From Trichoplax sp. H2 (Eukaryota): a stretch of DNA of 64,000 nt. Each line of letters begins with the position of its first letter. Positions within the stretch are counted from its first letter, which is position 1. The notes under the pieces were generated by a model. It was not told the origin of the DNA, did not search any database, and worked only from the letters and a program-made list of their open reading frames with translations. The position numbers and the translations under genes were made by a program. Shown here one piece after another: positions 38,267 through 56,724 of the stretch. Location: assembly GCA_003344405.1 (NCBI GenBank), contig NOWV01000002.1, positions 248,001-312,000 on the forward strand, written 5' to 3'.

Positions 38267-39458
38267 ATGTATGCATATAACTTCATTTGTAGGAGAAGTT
38301 TAACATTATCACCTTGCAGAGTGTTAAGCAGGTTTTTAGTCAATAGTTCCACCACGGTTAATTATACAATCAATACTTGCAAGTTATTATCCAAACGCCA
38401 AGCAACTCTCCTTACTAAACAGGCATCTTGTCCAAAATCGATCAATACGACAACGATGTCCAACCGCCTGATTGCTCGTAATCTATCTTCAAAATCGACA
38501 AATGGCGATACAAATACAACGAATGGAGCTGTAAATCAAACTAATATATCTACTTTACAACGTCTACGAGTGGTTTTTCGAGATTATGGTACCTGTGCTA
38601 TCATCTTTCATATAGCAGTCAGTTTGCTATCAGTAGGTTGTTGGTATATGGTCGTAGAGAGGTAAGCTAAACATAGGTACAAACCAATAGCTACTGTACT
38701 AGAGCGTTTCCAAACATCCATTGCACCCACTATCATCAGATCAGCAGTGTATTTTTATAAAGTAAAGCCAATAGCCTCAGTTCTGCAAGCAAAGAAAGAC
38801 GTTCGAGGACTACTTAACATTATTAGACAGCCAGTACCGCATCGATGAATGCTGCGTATGACAATATGAGGAGGCAATGATGGCTAGCGATAGATTTACT
38901 GTACAGCATAGAGGACACTTCCACTTTTTCAAGCCACTTTCATCACTGTAGAAATAAAATTGATTTCTGTTAGTAAAGTAAACTTGTAGCAGAAAGTAAG
39001 CTATATCTGAGGTTATTTACCAAGGCCTCTTGAGTCAAGATATCATCCCATACGATCATTGCGATTATGTCAGCTGTAGCTAACACTGCAATGTCGTAGT
39101 AGATCTTGATGTAGTATCTACTCTACTGCACGCTGATTAGCAAAACTCTCAATATCCCTTCAACATCACGAAATATTTTAACTTGTGGCCTTTTCATAAT
39201 TTTATTCTTATTAGTGGTATAGACATCAAGACTTGGATGCAAAAAATTGGCTTTAGTGAAAAATTTCTTCAATCGGTATTTACCACCAGTGCTGGAACAT
39301 TTATTGTTGCATATGCAATCCATAAAACAACAGCAATTCCAAGAGCTATGTTAACAATATCTGTAACACCGCTGATTGTCCGCCACCTTAGACGCATCGG
39401 ATGGATGAGAAAACCTGTTGTTGCTGCATCTGCAAGCCCCAAAGTTTCTAAACCCTAA
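38267..39458 (+). CDS. FAM210B: FAM210B-like mitochondrial membrane protein (DUF1279)
   Basis: Two exons: Ser/Thr/Arg-rich presequence-like leader, then LQRLRVVFRDYGTCAIIFHIAVSLLSVGCWYMVVES|GIDI...AGTFIVAYAIHKTTAIPRAMLTISVTPLIVRHLRRIG. Confidence 0.88.
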
Positions 39459-39787
39459 CTGACTATAGTCGCAGTTGTAATAATCACTACTATAAATTTT
39501 TCTCTTTAGCTGTTGTAAACTGAAATCATAACATCCAAAATGCTATTCTAAATCATGTTAACAATTGCTGTAGAAATGACCTTCTTTCAAAATTTCCTTT
39601 GCGACTACCTGTGAAATAGCATTATTCATTTCTCTGTGATATATGGGTAAGCTTATTGAGATATACTATAAGGGTCTACTGTTAACGTGCCATAGTGTTA
39701 GCCTATTTTTTAAGATTATTTCAAGCAACTAGTGACTAGAAAATAGATTAAACTCCATATCGTTGTACTAGAACGTTATAAACATAC

Positions 39788-40845
39788 TTTTCGCGAATAC
39801 AAATTTAATTATCGTATGAAATTCACAAGTCAAATATGATGATACATGCGAATATGAAAAAAATGAAACGTTTTTTGTTAGATCGCTAGCAATCGCAAAT
39901 TAAATGTTATTATTGTGATAGATTCGTAAAGATGTTGATATCTTACAGATGATACAGTAGCTATATAACTATACAGTCTAATTGCACAACTCAATAGTAA
40001 TTTATTCCAGAGCATTTACCTAAAGCCATCGGTGTACTCTATGTTACTGTATAATATATCGCTATTACTGTATGTACAGTACTGTATGCGATTTATTAAA
40101 ATGGCATCAAGAAAATAAAAAATACTACGTATCATATTGTTACAATTTCCAAATTTTGTAACAAGTACTAGATCTGCACTCAGCAAGGAGACCCAGTAAT
40201 TAAGTTGAAGAACTAACTTTATTGTTAAAATGAAGAATTTATATACTTTCTTTATTGTGACCTTTGATCTACTGACGTAGATCACAAGATCATCACTAAC
40301 AGAAAGCTTTCCCTAGTTTAGTCATTACAAATAGACTATCATGCCAAGTATGGCAACATGAGAATACATATATAGATAACCTTAATATAGTACCATAACT
40401 ACATCTATATACGCCTGACGCGATAACATCGTGATATTTAACCATATATAGAAAGNNNNNNNNNNNNNNNNNNNNTTTCGCGAATACAAATTTAATTATC
40501 GTATGAAATTCACAAGTCAAATATGATGATACATGCGAATATGAAAAAAATGAAACGTTTTCTGTTAGATCGCTAGCAATCGCAAATTAAATGTTATTAT
40601 TGTGATAGATTCGTAAAGATGTTGATATATTACAGATGATACAGTAGCTATATAACTAACTATACAGTCTAATTGCACAACTCAATAGTCATTTATTCCA
40701 GAGCATTTACCTCAAGCCATCGGTGTAGACCTGACATCGGTGTACTCTATGTTACTGTATAATATATCGCTATTACTGTATGTACAGTACTGTATGCGAT
40801 TTATTAAAATGGCATCAAGAAAATAAAAAATACTACGTATCATAT
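39788..40845. repeat. About 350-nt near-identical duplication flanking a 20-N assembly gap (40456-40475)
   Basis: 39788-40137 is repeated at 40476-40845 with a few SNPs and small indels. The second copy starts exactly at the gap edge. Confidence 0.9.
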
Positions 40846-42017
40846 GAAGTTGGCATTACTAAACTTTTAACTATAGACAACGTTGTTTATCTGTATGGAA
40901 CATTAAAAAAATTAAAGTGGATATCAGATAAAGGAATTATTGTTGGAACGCACTTACTGGGATCAAAGAGGATGCACTAAATACTGGTAATTCCATTATA
41001 ATGAAAGACATAATGAATTTACTGGAAACAATCGACTACACAGTATTACTTACCGTTTTGTAGGACTAACACTTAAAAAATGCATATTGTTACGGCTTGC
41101 TGTTAATATATTATAAGCCAAAGCGCTACAAAAGAATTAATATATGCACAAACTAAATAATACTCCACTTAAGATTAGTCTCAAATTCTAAAATAGAGAC
41201 TAGAATTACTCTCTTACTGTACTTGCAGTAATAGTCAAGATATGCTAGTAGTAATTTGTGCTGTTGTTATTATACCAGTATAATTACAATAAATGCAATT
41301 TCGTAATTACCCTTTTCCAAAGCATGATTTGAAGCAATTTTAGATGCTCTCGCATAGAATGATAATACTGTAGTACCCTCAAAAATTTATATATTCTATA
41401 TTTTATTTATATTACGAAATTAAATTCGATCTAACACAATTATCACAATATACATAGCTTAATGTAGTAATAAATCTCAAAAATCTTCATATTTACGTTA
41501 TTGTTAGCAGAGAAATGAAATGCACTCAGTATCAGGACCAAAATCTGTAACTTTAAAACCTTCATTTTAGGCCTTAAGTACAAATACCTACAATGGTTAA
41601 TATAATTAAAGATTACATAGTACGGTGCTGTACAGTTCTCATTTCTAATATGTTGTACAACTTTAAAGCAAAACTACAAGTTGCTTATAATATATTAATT
41701 TTAAAAGTAATTATAAATCAATTCTAATTTTGATAACCAACTTTCTTAGGTTTCATAGTTTAAATGAAGGTACTGCAATTGCTGCTAAAAGAATATTATG
41801 GAAATAATATAAAATTACAAGACTTATTACCGAAAACTTTAATTAACAAGATTCATCACCGTAAATAGGCAATGCAAAATCTGACTGTAATAGTACTAGT
41901 AGTAGATATCTTTATAACACAAACCTGTGTTATATACATTACATTACATTTGAAACATTTAAAGCCCTGAAAGGAGGATCCAAAACATACTCGTCATGCA
42001 AAAACATCTTACATAAT

Positions 42018-44595
42018 TTAATTTTTTGCATCATTTTGAACATGTTTTACGATCCAGGGGTGTGACATTACGCCATCAAGTGATAATCTTTCAGAGGGTT
42101 TACGACATAGAAGCTAAATGATAAAATCATATTTGAAAATCTGTTACATGATTCGAAATTATGCTTAAAGTACAACGATAAAAAGAGTCATTGATATCTT
42201 ATTCATGATCACCTTTCTGATTAAATCCATAGCCTCAGGACTCAGTTTGTTCTCTGGAAACTTTAAATCAACCTAAAAGTATAATCAAACATTAATTAAC
42301 TGTAAATATATTATATTTTCATTATTTTTAGGACGTAAACACTGAGTTAATAAGTCACAGCATAAGAACCTTGATAATTCTTTTATAAGTATCTTCATGA
42401 GTTTTAGTCTCGAATGGTGGGCAACCAACAAGAAATTCATAGCATAATATGCCCAAGCTCCATAAATCAACCTAATGACATTAAAGCAAAAATAAATTCA
42501 AATTGCAGTACTGACTTTTTGGAAGATTTACTTGATTAAAAATTGATTCTTTACTTAATACAATCTTATAAACAATACATGGCTTATCTCCATGCTAATT
42601 CTGATTTATATCATCAGGGTAATCGTTTTATTTGTATATTGGCGTACCTTATCGTCGTGTTCATCACCGATGATCATTTCAGGAGGTAGGTAATCCAGCG
42701 TTCCACATAGTGTAGTTCGCCTAAGTTGGATAGATTGAGCATTAGTACATTTCTAAGGTAAATTTAAAGTCTTTAAGCTACAAATTTAATATCATAGTAC
42801 CTTGATGATGGAGCATGAACAGACCAACCGAAATCAGCAATCTTAAGATCACCCTATAAATTAAATTAATTATCAAAGTGTCACATTAAGCCTAAGCTAT
42901 CAATCGGATAGTTGCAAAATACTAACAAAATCTTTTTATAAAATATTTTCAGGATGGTAACAACTTATGTAATATCTTACATGAAGTAATACAAATAAAG
43001 TACAGATTAAAAATGTCGATTACGAACCTTTATACCGAGTAATAAGTTTTCAGGCTTTATATCTCTGTGAATGACCTTTTTTGTGTGACAGTACCTCAAT
43101 GCATCGGAGAGTTGTGCAATAAACTAGAAAAATTCATTTAAACAATGATGTTATAAATGCATTAGCACAAAAGTTTATTATATGAACAGTCAACAAACTT
43201 TAGCAGCTCTTGGTTCATCAAATACTTTCTGCCGTTGCAATTCTTTGTACAGTTCTCCACCTGGTGCAAACTCAAGTATAAGGTACACACGGCTCGTATC
43301 GTAAAAATACCCATACAATCGTAGAATATTAGGGTGGCTATTAAAAATTAAACGATATTGATATATTAAACATTAATTATCCGCATACGCTGCAACAATT
43401 TCAAATATGAGAACTGCATCAAATTTAAAACTCGTATATTTGTATGAGTATCAAGTTATTCAATTCAATATTAAGAAATATGCATACCGCAAATGAGATT
43501 GAATTTCAATCTCGCGTCTTAGCTGGTGCTCAACATTTGCCTTTTGTAGTTGAGATTTAAATAGAACCTGTTAATAGCATTGGTATAATTGGAAAGGTTT
43601 TTTAAAATCTCAATTGATACTAGATGTAAGTTAATTGTAATCGTATTTATAATTCTTTTCTCTTAACAATTGATAAAATTTGATCTTCTATTTTAATAAT
43701 TTTCCCTTATAATTATACTAAATTTATAGTTTACCTTTAACGCAACAATGTATTTACTCTGTTTTTCTCTTGCTAAGTACACGCTACCAAATTTCCCTAT
43801 CAAAAATTTTTCTGTCATTATAATTTGTACAATCATGTAGGAATTTTTGGGTTGCACCCTTATTATTTTTATACGCAAATGTTGATTAGTTTAACAACAA
43901 ACCTTTGCCTAATGGTCTGCCAATATCAAAATCGTCCAACGTCCATCTTTTTCTAGAGCTATAATAGTAATGAGTCCTCGTTACAAATGATACATTACAA
44001 ATTTAAAGCGTTATACGTATACAATGCTAGTTTAATTTTTAAAATACAAAATAAAACGAAGATCTAGCTTTTAGCTGACGGAGCTACGTAGAAATATATC
44101 GAAGAATTACAGTAGTATGACTACTACTGAATTGTATTAAATAAAAACGTTACAGGTATTTACTTCTTTTGCTCTTCAGCATTGGACGTAGGTACTTGTA
44201 ACTGCTGAGTTTTGGTCACACTTTGGTTTTGATTCTGCGGTCTATCAATGTTAGTACTTTGCTTTAACGAATGGTGGGAGGGATAATTTTCGTTAATAAT
44301 ATTAGTATGATTAGATGCATGACCAGCATCGATCGGTGCTAATTTATTGACGGGTTTCACTATTCTTTTGGGGCCACTCAGCTGCAATATCAATCCAAAG
44401 AGACAATTTAAGGAAAATTGATAACGTAGTTTAATAGTCAATAAAGTTATTTAATTGTAAATACTAGAAAAAAAGATGTACACTGTGCTACGCGGTGTGC
44501 GTATAGTAATACCATACCAGGTTAGTCTGTGGTCTATCCGCTGAGTACTTTTGACCACTATTCTCTTTATTGGCCATCAGTTGCATCCGATTCAT
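42018..44595 (-). CDS. Aurora kinase (Aurora A-like), multi-exon
   Basis: N-terminal NKEN and GPKRI. Kinase exons: [132 protein letters not shown] at 42020-42018. The start may lie in a small upstream exon. Confidence 0.95.
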
Positions 44596-45726
44596 CTGTG
44601 TTAAATTAAAAATGAGGGAAAAGTTATATTCATCTAGTAATAATACGTATACTTAGGATAACTTAATATCTACAGTTAATTACAACAATCCTTTAAATAT
44701 TTCATTGAAGAATTTGCACATCATGGATACAATTCGATATTCTAGTTTGATGTTATACACATATCTTTAATTAAAGCAGAAGACGATTTGAAACTGGCTT
44801 ACATCCGGCATGATCCAAGCAACTATAATTATCGACCTATCCCTTATCCACCTACTATAAACTAGCTAGATAGCTAAATTTAGATATACTGTAATACCAA
44901 TAGACATATAAAGGATTTGAATGTTCAACCCTTTTGTCAGTTTAATCAACTGGAAACTACGCAATAAGCTCTTTGGGCTTAAACTAGCACAGGGTGCATA
45001 TGTGCGTATATCAAACGGATAGTATTAAAATGCCTGTACAAGTTCTAGTAAATGATTACAATAAACGCAGATGCAATTAACTTAATATTGATTGTAGTCG
45101 AGATTTGCTACGAACCTGTGACTCTAAAAGATTTAGCTTGGAGGCCATAGAATTTTGAAAAAAAATTATTAACAAGTTATCAACTTGTGCTATGTGAAAA
45201 TTGCCAACCGTTCTAGGAAAAAACAGCTGTAGAAGTACTGTATATGAAGTATAAACACGAAATGGCTGGAAAAAGTAGCTGCAGTGGAAGATGACAGAGG
45301 AGGATAAAATAGAATAAAATCTCGTCTTCTAGCGATGTATTGCTTCTTTCTTTAGTGTCCTCAATCTCAGGAGGGCTAAAATGAGATTCGCTATCACCAA
45401 TCCTATCAGTATCTGAATTTTCTATCTTATGATGGGGAATAGCAAGAGTCCGCAAGACCTGCTTCTACGTATAAACTACTGAATGAAGAGCCCCTTTGGC
45501 TAATTAATTTACGAGTACAATATTGTATGGGTTTAGGCTTCAAAGTTGCTCAAGATTGATGCAAATACTTTTCTTAGTAGTGTGTTCCAGCTAGGAGTTC
45601 ACAGTCTCTACAGTACGCCTACTTACACGATACTATGAATGGAGTGTATAGAAATGAAAAATTTTGAAAGTAAAGCATCAACAATTTTAAATTTTAACGG
45701 CTTGCTCTCCTATTGGTTGTAACAGA

Positions 45727-46040
45727 TTTACGGTACAGTACGACACAAAAGGACTGTTCGTTCATACTGTACTGTATTCATCCTGTACAGTGTACAGTAT
45801 ATGTACGTTATACTGTACACTCTACAGTCAAAACTGAACTGGGCATGATTACAAGACAACAAGAAGTGTTTGCTCATTGGTCCGGTCTTAATGATTTTCC
45901 TAGTTTCTTTTGTTTATCGACCAATGAGCAAGCACTTGTTGTTTTCTTGTAATCATGCCCAGTATTTGCTGTATTATACTGTACTGTACTGTATGGTATC
46001 ATTACTACACTACAGGAATCCGGCTGTACTGTAGTCTGTA
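45727..46040. promoter_or_regulatory. TACAGTAC/ACTGTAC motif array upstream of Aurora and of the orphan + strand gene
   Basis: Clusters such as tactgtactgta, ctgtacagtgtacagta and tactgtactgtactgta. Confidence 0.55.
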
Positions 46041-46044
46041 GATC

Positions 46045-47252
46045 ATGGGGAGTACAGTGCTGGACTTGCACATTAACATTGTACAGGTGATGGATAGTTT
46101 TAGATATGCCAAAGATGGCAGGAGGATGAAGAACACGTTTATTCAGAGAGATCAATTGAGAACAGAGTACACAGGTAGAAGGTTACAGAGATATAGAGTA
46201 TAAGGAGGTATTGATACACATTGTACAGTATATCTCTGCCGTGTTTACATTGATCTATGTAATACAGTGGACTCACTGTCTATTCATTATGATGCAGATA
46301 CGATGCAAGTTAATGGCAGCACTTCAACGAATCAACTAGTTTATCCCTCGCTCGTTATACTAAACGCACTATACTGTACTTGACTATTTTGAATGAGTAG
46401 ATTAGTAACTTTATTTGGGGTTCTTAAGTATGGTGTTGCTTACGACAGTAATAACAGCAAGCTGAATCGTACATCATGCAGCCAAAATAAAGAAAATAAA
46501 AACGACTAAGCAGTTATCGATTTTGCAAATGCAAAATACCTCTCAATTTATGAATAAACAATAGTAGATCAAGGCTCAAGACGTAGTGTACAGTAGATTG
46601 GCCATCCACTGTTGTGTGTTAATATCTGAAACTGAAGCTATTCTACCGCTGCGGCTGCAGGAATTCGTAATAATCATCCAAAATTTCTTAACAAGTACTG
46701 TAGAACTTGAAATTCGTTTACCAGAACTGCAGAAGTCATGTAGCAGTGAACTATTGCCAACGTGCACTTGAGTGATTCGACGTCATACCTTATCTAAGAT
46801 GAGTTATTTTATTAACTATATTATTAATCTATCGTGGTTATGGTTATAATATATCGATATTGAGTATCTGGTCACCAAATTTCAAATGAATTTAGATTGC
46901 ACTTAGAAAGCTCAACACATGACTTGACAGAGCAAAGATTCGCTCTGCTTGTGCTCGTTGCAAAACACTACTACTTGATAATTTACTTCAGGAAAGCTCA
47001 TTTTTACCGCGATTGCCATCGGCTAGTGCTGCAACCAAGTTAGTTGTGTACAATAGTAAGACCTAATTATAAGCTTCCAAACTAGTTGATTGCAATCATC
47101 ATAAAGTTTTTTTAACTTAAACAATTGTCAAAAGAGTTTTATCTGTCAGCCTGAAGGAATTGCTGGATACAGTAAGAATCGGTTATGATCCAGTACTTAT
47201 TCGAACTATCCTTCCGGATATCAGTACTGCTTTCGCTTCAATATTAAAATAA
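46045..47252 (+). CDS. Putative uncharacterised multi-exon gene, head-to-head with Aurora
   Basis: Open frame from ATG 46045; open segment about 46597-46761; exon 46931-47038 (AKIRSACARCKTLLLDNLLQESSFLPRLPSASAAT, donor GTTAGT) joins in phase to 47150-47252 (LKELLDTVRIGYDPVLIRTILPDISTAFASILK*). No family recognised; 5' splice sites uncertain. Confidence 0.4.
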
Positions 47253-47916
47253 GGATTTGAGGTAAATACAAAATGTAAACTGTAAATTGTATTTGAGACC
47301 TCAAATAACTCCATGTCTCGAGCTACAGTAATGTCACAGTAACACTTTACCATCATTTAATCGCAAGAACTCAAGGAGAAAAGCTCCCAATTTACAGTAT
47401 TCACTGTCCTGTAACATCAATATTACAGTTCATGACAATGAATATCAGATAATGAGATAATCGAACATTTAACATAGCTACACTGGGTACTAACTAAAGT
47501 ACATTCACTTGGGAATGGCACACAACAGAAAAGCTTCATTTGGTTGTTACATAGTTGTATTCAATGCAAAGATAACAGTCATCTCATATTCAGGAATTTT
47601 GCAATGATGTTGCTAGTTGAGCTAATAATATTGTATTATCTAAAATTATAACAGCATTTCTTGTTATAAAACTAACCTCTAACATTTCAAAACTGGAAAA
47701 ATTTTTTACAGTATCATGCAAACGGCTACGCAATCAAATTGAATGGTCAAAAATTTACAAGTACGCGTATTCATTACTTCTTGACTGTAAAATAGTGATA
47801 TATGAAATTTGGACAGATTTATCAATCTGTCCCTGCTTAGAACCTTAGGCTAAAATACAAGACATTGGAATTAAATAGTAATACAGTAATATACTGCATA
47901 ATTGAAGGAAATACGG

Positions 47917-48255
47917 CTAAGATGATTTGGAAAATTCGTCCTTATTATATCTATTCCAGTCTGCCGGAGGTTTCTCTCTCAATTTCCATACAGGATTTGA
48001 ATTCCCTATTAGCTTTTTCGTATCTTCTTTAATTTTAGCTTGACTTTCTAACAGTTGTTGTTTAGTTTCTTCCGATTTGGTTGTTTTATATGACATGCAT
48101 TTCCTAAAGCTGGTCATATGTTCAGAGCAATCTCTGAAAGTACCATAAATGTAATAAAAGCGAAACTGATTTATCGATGAAGAACACCTTCTCCAATAAT
48201 AAAATAAGTCTACGCAACTGGGTACACTATCCTTGTCGCTATCATTACTCTCCAT
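47917..48255 (-). CDS. C22orf39: C22orf39/UPF0545 (DUF3128, yeast EMI1-like) protein
   Basis: 112-aa single ORF with C-x9-C..S...QF..YYIYG...DC-x9-C and C-terminal VWKLREKPPADWN, typical of the family. Confidence 0.88.
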   Translation of the reverse strand: MESNDSDKDSVPSCVDLFYYWRRCSSSINQFRFYYIYGTFRDCSEHMTSFRKCMSYKTTKSEETKQQLLESQAKIKEDTKKLIGNSNPVWKLREKPPADWNRYNKDEFSKSS

Positions 48256-49022
48256 GCTGCATCAGTAAAATGATGAAATGCTTGCAATTCTGAAGACGAT
48301 ATCTTATTCAGGGCTTTGCGATGTCTTTTGCAGCGCAGTACCAGGCGTTGGAAATATTGTATTACTAATATTATAGGTATACGAGATGATCTATGGAATT
48401 AATGGATTGATAAAGGTAAAATAACAGGATGGTGTCAATAGGGATTTGAGTAGTTGTAGAATAAAGTCTTTTAAATCGATCAAGATGATGAAATTTGATG
48501 GAGGTTAATTCACTAATTGACCATGATTCAATGAGGTGCTCGAATTGCATGGGGCTACTGCAGAAGAGCACAGGCGCAGTAAGCTGCCTTGCGTCTAAAG
48601 CGAACTGTACTTAAGTTATACTCTACTATTTACTTTACATTATAGCATTGTTTTAATATTATCGCTGCAGTACTGTATGAGTACTATTAGGCAAAAGACA
48701 TTAGGGTACGTGATCAATCCTCTTCAAACTATAGTTATGACTTGAATCATTTGCTCACGCTCGCACACACTAGATTCTACAGGACTGTAGTCAGCCATAG
48801 CTATCTCTGATTCAAGCCATCGCTAGTGGTGTACGGTAAATAAATATCGATCAATTTATTTTGGTAGAAATAACTTATTCCTGTACTGTTCTGCTGATTT
48901 AAGTTTGATTTGAGATATACTCTAACTACGTATATAGACATAGATGTTTGTCTAAAGTGATTCCAGTATAATTCAACTGTCGTACAAGGATATACTGTAC
49001 ATTATAGAGCTCAATCAGCTCA

Positions 49023-53249
<4,227 letters not shown>

Positions 53250-54208
53250 TTGACCTCGTACTGTATTTTATAGAAGAAATCGTCGATATCTATAAATTTC
53301 AATTATTTGTCACACCATTACTCTAGTAATCCAAAAGATGCTTTACGCTGAATAAAAATTAGGAATTGTCATATACATAATGCAGACGTTTACCATTCAT
53401 GACTTACTGAAGAATAGTAAAAGTGTAAGAAAATTAGATTACGATACGAATTATCAAAGCTCATTATTCATTCTATATTGTTTGCGACTGTATTTGCGTA
53501 ATTTTAATGATGCGATTAAATACTACTTATAAAATTTAATGTCCCTTAAGTTGATATACATAGGATTATTTCATACTTAACTTTATAACTGTACTTTCGT
53601 GATTATGTAGTATGTTACATCCTATGTAAAATAATAATAATGCAACCCTGTTTCAATTTGAGTAAATAAAACATTGATTACTGGTCTTTTAGATCATAAC
53701 AAGCAAAACGTTTATGTATACATTTACTACCTTAAATAAATATCTGAAGGAGCTATATCTAATGTTTTCGATGCGATATATATGAAGAACAATAACTGCA
53801 AAAGTTAACTGCTTGAATTCAGCCAGTATACGTTGATAATCTTCATTGCAGGTATGAACGATAACTACAGTATATCCGAAATATCAATTCATTGTCAACC
53901 TATGGGTATATAACAATAAGCGACAGAGTATGATCTAGTAGTCATTCATCGCAGCAATCCCTTTCAAATACTGGTATGCTAATGGTACTACAATATTATC
54001 TGTCAGCTGGATGTTTAGACCGTAGATAAAAGTCATTTTTGTTGATTAATAACCAGCGTAACACAGTATTCATAAGAGTACACGCGCAAAAAGATATCAC
54101 GAATCATCATTGAATATCAGGAGGATCAATATTTTATTATAATAACATCACGAGAATAATGTGTAGCGAGTTCAACACTACAAGTCGTTAGCAAGGTCAA
54201 CCAAGGAA

Positions 54209-56604
54209 TTATCTAGCAGCTTGATATCGTTTAGCCTTTCTTTCTAATTTTTTCTGCTTTTTAGGATCAATATTTTCTTCTGGCGCAGGAGCAAAAAAGA
54301 ATGGTGACAAGATATTTACCCACAGTAGATAAAGAGCCCGTGCAGGTAACTATAAATATTCAAAAAAGAATCATAAATGGATATAAATGCAAGTACCTTG
54401 TACATATTATAAGCTAAATCATACGGATGCCGCTTTACTACAGTGTGGCATCTACTTAATGTTTTCTTAGTAAATTTAATTCAAAAAAAAAAATTTTGCA
54501 ATTTACCAGAAGCCACAAGAACCAGCAGTAAAACCATATTGCACTCGAGACTTGAACAATTGCCGTAAGTAGAATAATATCTTTCAAATGCCTAATTTAA
54601 TAAAATCTGTAATTACTATTCGATTTAAATAAATTTGATATTCATAAGTTGTAGCAATTTAATCTAAATGATTTATGCACTAAAATGTTCCAATTCGATC
54701 AACAGTTACGCACGATGAACAACATTTATACTAAGTTCTATCACAAACTCACTCTCCCATCCCAGATCCCATGTTAAGATCGAAGCCAGCATCAGCTAGG
54801 GTATTGCCTTCGAATACTGGTGTGCTCATAGAAGACATCGTATAGTAGGATACTGCAAGTGCTATATTGATTAGAAGCCATCCAGCCTATAATTTAAAAT
54901 AGTTAATAATCAATAACAAATTCTTATAATTCAAAATTCATGTTGACCATCAGAAAGTAATCACAATAATCCTACACAGCGTATTTTTAACTTAATCGTA
55001 GAGGAGAAATATTTTTTATATTTCTGATATAATCTTGGCATTTGAATCATATTAAAAAGGGATGTGCAGTACAAATTATCGCTATAGCTTCGGAATACGT
55101 ATACCGTATCAGCTTTGCAAATCTCAGATAAGGACAATTCAGTTTCTTTACAGAGTTGTTTTATAAACTGTTACATAGTGCATATCTAGTAGATCGAATA
55201 TGAGTAAAATATACGTATTCATGCTTTACTAGTAATATATTACCATAAAGAGAGATTTTAATTAGCTTAAAGGTGATCTATACATACTATGCAGCCAAAT
55301 GAGGAATCATAATTAGATAATACCAGTCGAAAAACAATGTTTAATCCCTACAAATATCAAAGAAAAGAGCAATAGACGTTAGTTATCCAGGAGAATTTGA
55401 GAATCACTCGAATTTAGAATTACAGTCTGATATAAGCTATGATTTAAATAATCGAGATTTGAGCGTATTTATTAATCGATCATTTCACTTCTTTTACATA
55501 TTTTGAAAAAGTATTATAGTTACAGGTGTTATTCGTTAAAATAATACTAACATTGCCAATTAGGATAACTTTTTTGTAGTAATCCAATGTTGCTATGTTA
55601 TCCTGATGTATTTCTTTTTGTCCTTTGGTTCTCTTCTTTCCCTTATTTGCCTGAGACTGTAATAGCAAGTATAGCAATTTTATATTATTACATTAATTAT
55701 GAATTTTAGTTTTTATTCTCTGAAGCATAGATGTGACCAAAATAATTAATATTTGTTCGAGAATTACTTATAAGCAAGGTTACATTGCATTGCAATAAAT
55801 CGTAGTTGGAAGGATATTAGTCCATGCTATTCCAATAGACGAGCAAAAAATGATTTCTTTACAATTATGGTGACAAATTGATGATAGATTATGTGTCACT
55901 CTACTTTGTAATTTTCAAGAACAGCTTAAATTAGTAGTCTTAAGTTTACTCGATATTGCTCGATATTACTGTACTGTATAGCTGGCTATATACTGTTTAC
56001 GTAGATAGAAATTTAAGATCAATCAATCAATAATAACCCTATCATATACTTGTATGTATGATATTTTTATTCGGTTATGACGGTGACCTTCAATCTACTT
56101 ATTCTAAATATACAGTACTGTACTGTATTTCTAGTCTACCGAAGTAGTACGGTAATAGAGCCAAGCGAAATAATGATGGTATGTACAATTAATCGTGATT
56201 AGAGTCATTAAAGCTACGTTTATTAAGATAATTCACATCCATTATGATCATGAGCCTTGTCAATAGACTACAGCATTATCGTATCCTAAGCCCGTACAGT
56301 CCAAACTACACATTCTATAAGACGCTAATTTCTTACTGCTCCACTCATTTTCAGATCTAACGATGCGATATATAATATGAAAAGTATAAGAGAAAGCCAA
56401 GCTCGATTGGAATTTTGAATCTAGTGTACACTCATGAAGAATTAATATAAACAGAAGAACCTAGGCGTATTGGTTTACCTAGCGCTTTGAGGTTGTCGCA
56501 TTTCCGATCATCATTTGCATTAGCATATTACTATACTATGAATCATAGTCGATCTAGCTAAGGTCAGATGATATAAGCTACAATATAAGCCGTTCATTTA
56601 CCAT
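54209..56604 (-). CDS. TMEM208: Transmembrane protein 208 (hSnd2, SRP-independent ER targeting)
   Basis: ATG|GT first exon at 56604 (inferred); ANKGKKRTKGQKEIHQDNIATLDYYKKVILIGN, LADAGFDLNMGSGMGE|HLKDIILLTAIVQV, PARALYLLWVNILSPFF...KKQKKLERKAKR. Confidence 0.92.
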
Positions 56605-56724
56605 GATTGCTTTCGTTTTACCAGTTGTAGTAGTCTTCCTCCATTGGTGATGCCAATCCCAGCACAGCCTTGAAGACCTTTTCCAATTGCGCAGGTGTCG
56701 ATGCAAGTTGCTTCTGATAGTCCT

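Noticed and set aside
45213..45455. Acidic minus-strand ORF upstream of Aurora
   Set aside because: No ATG start or suitable donor links it to the Aurora exons; may be 5' UTR or intron.
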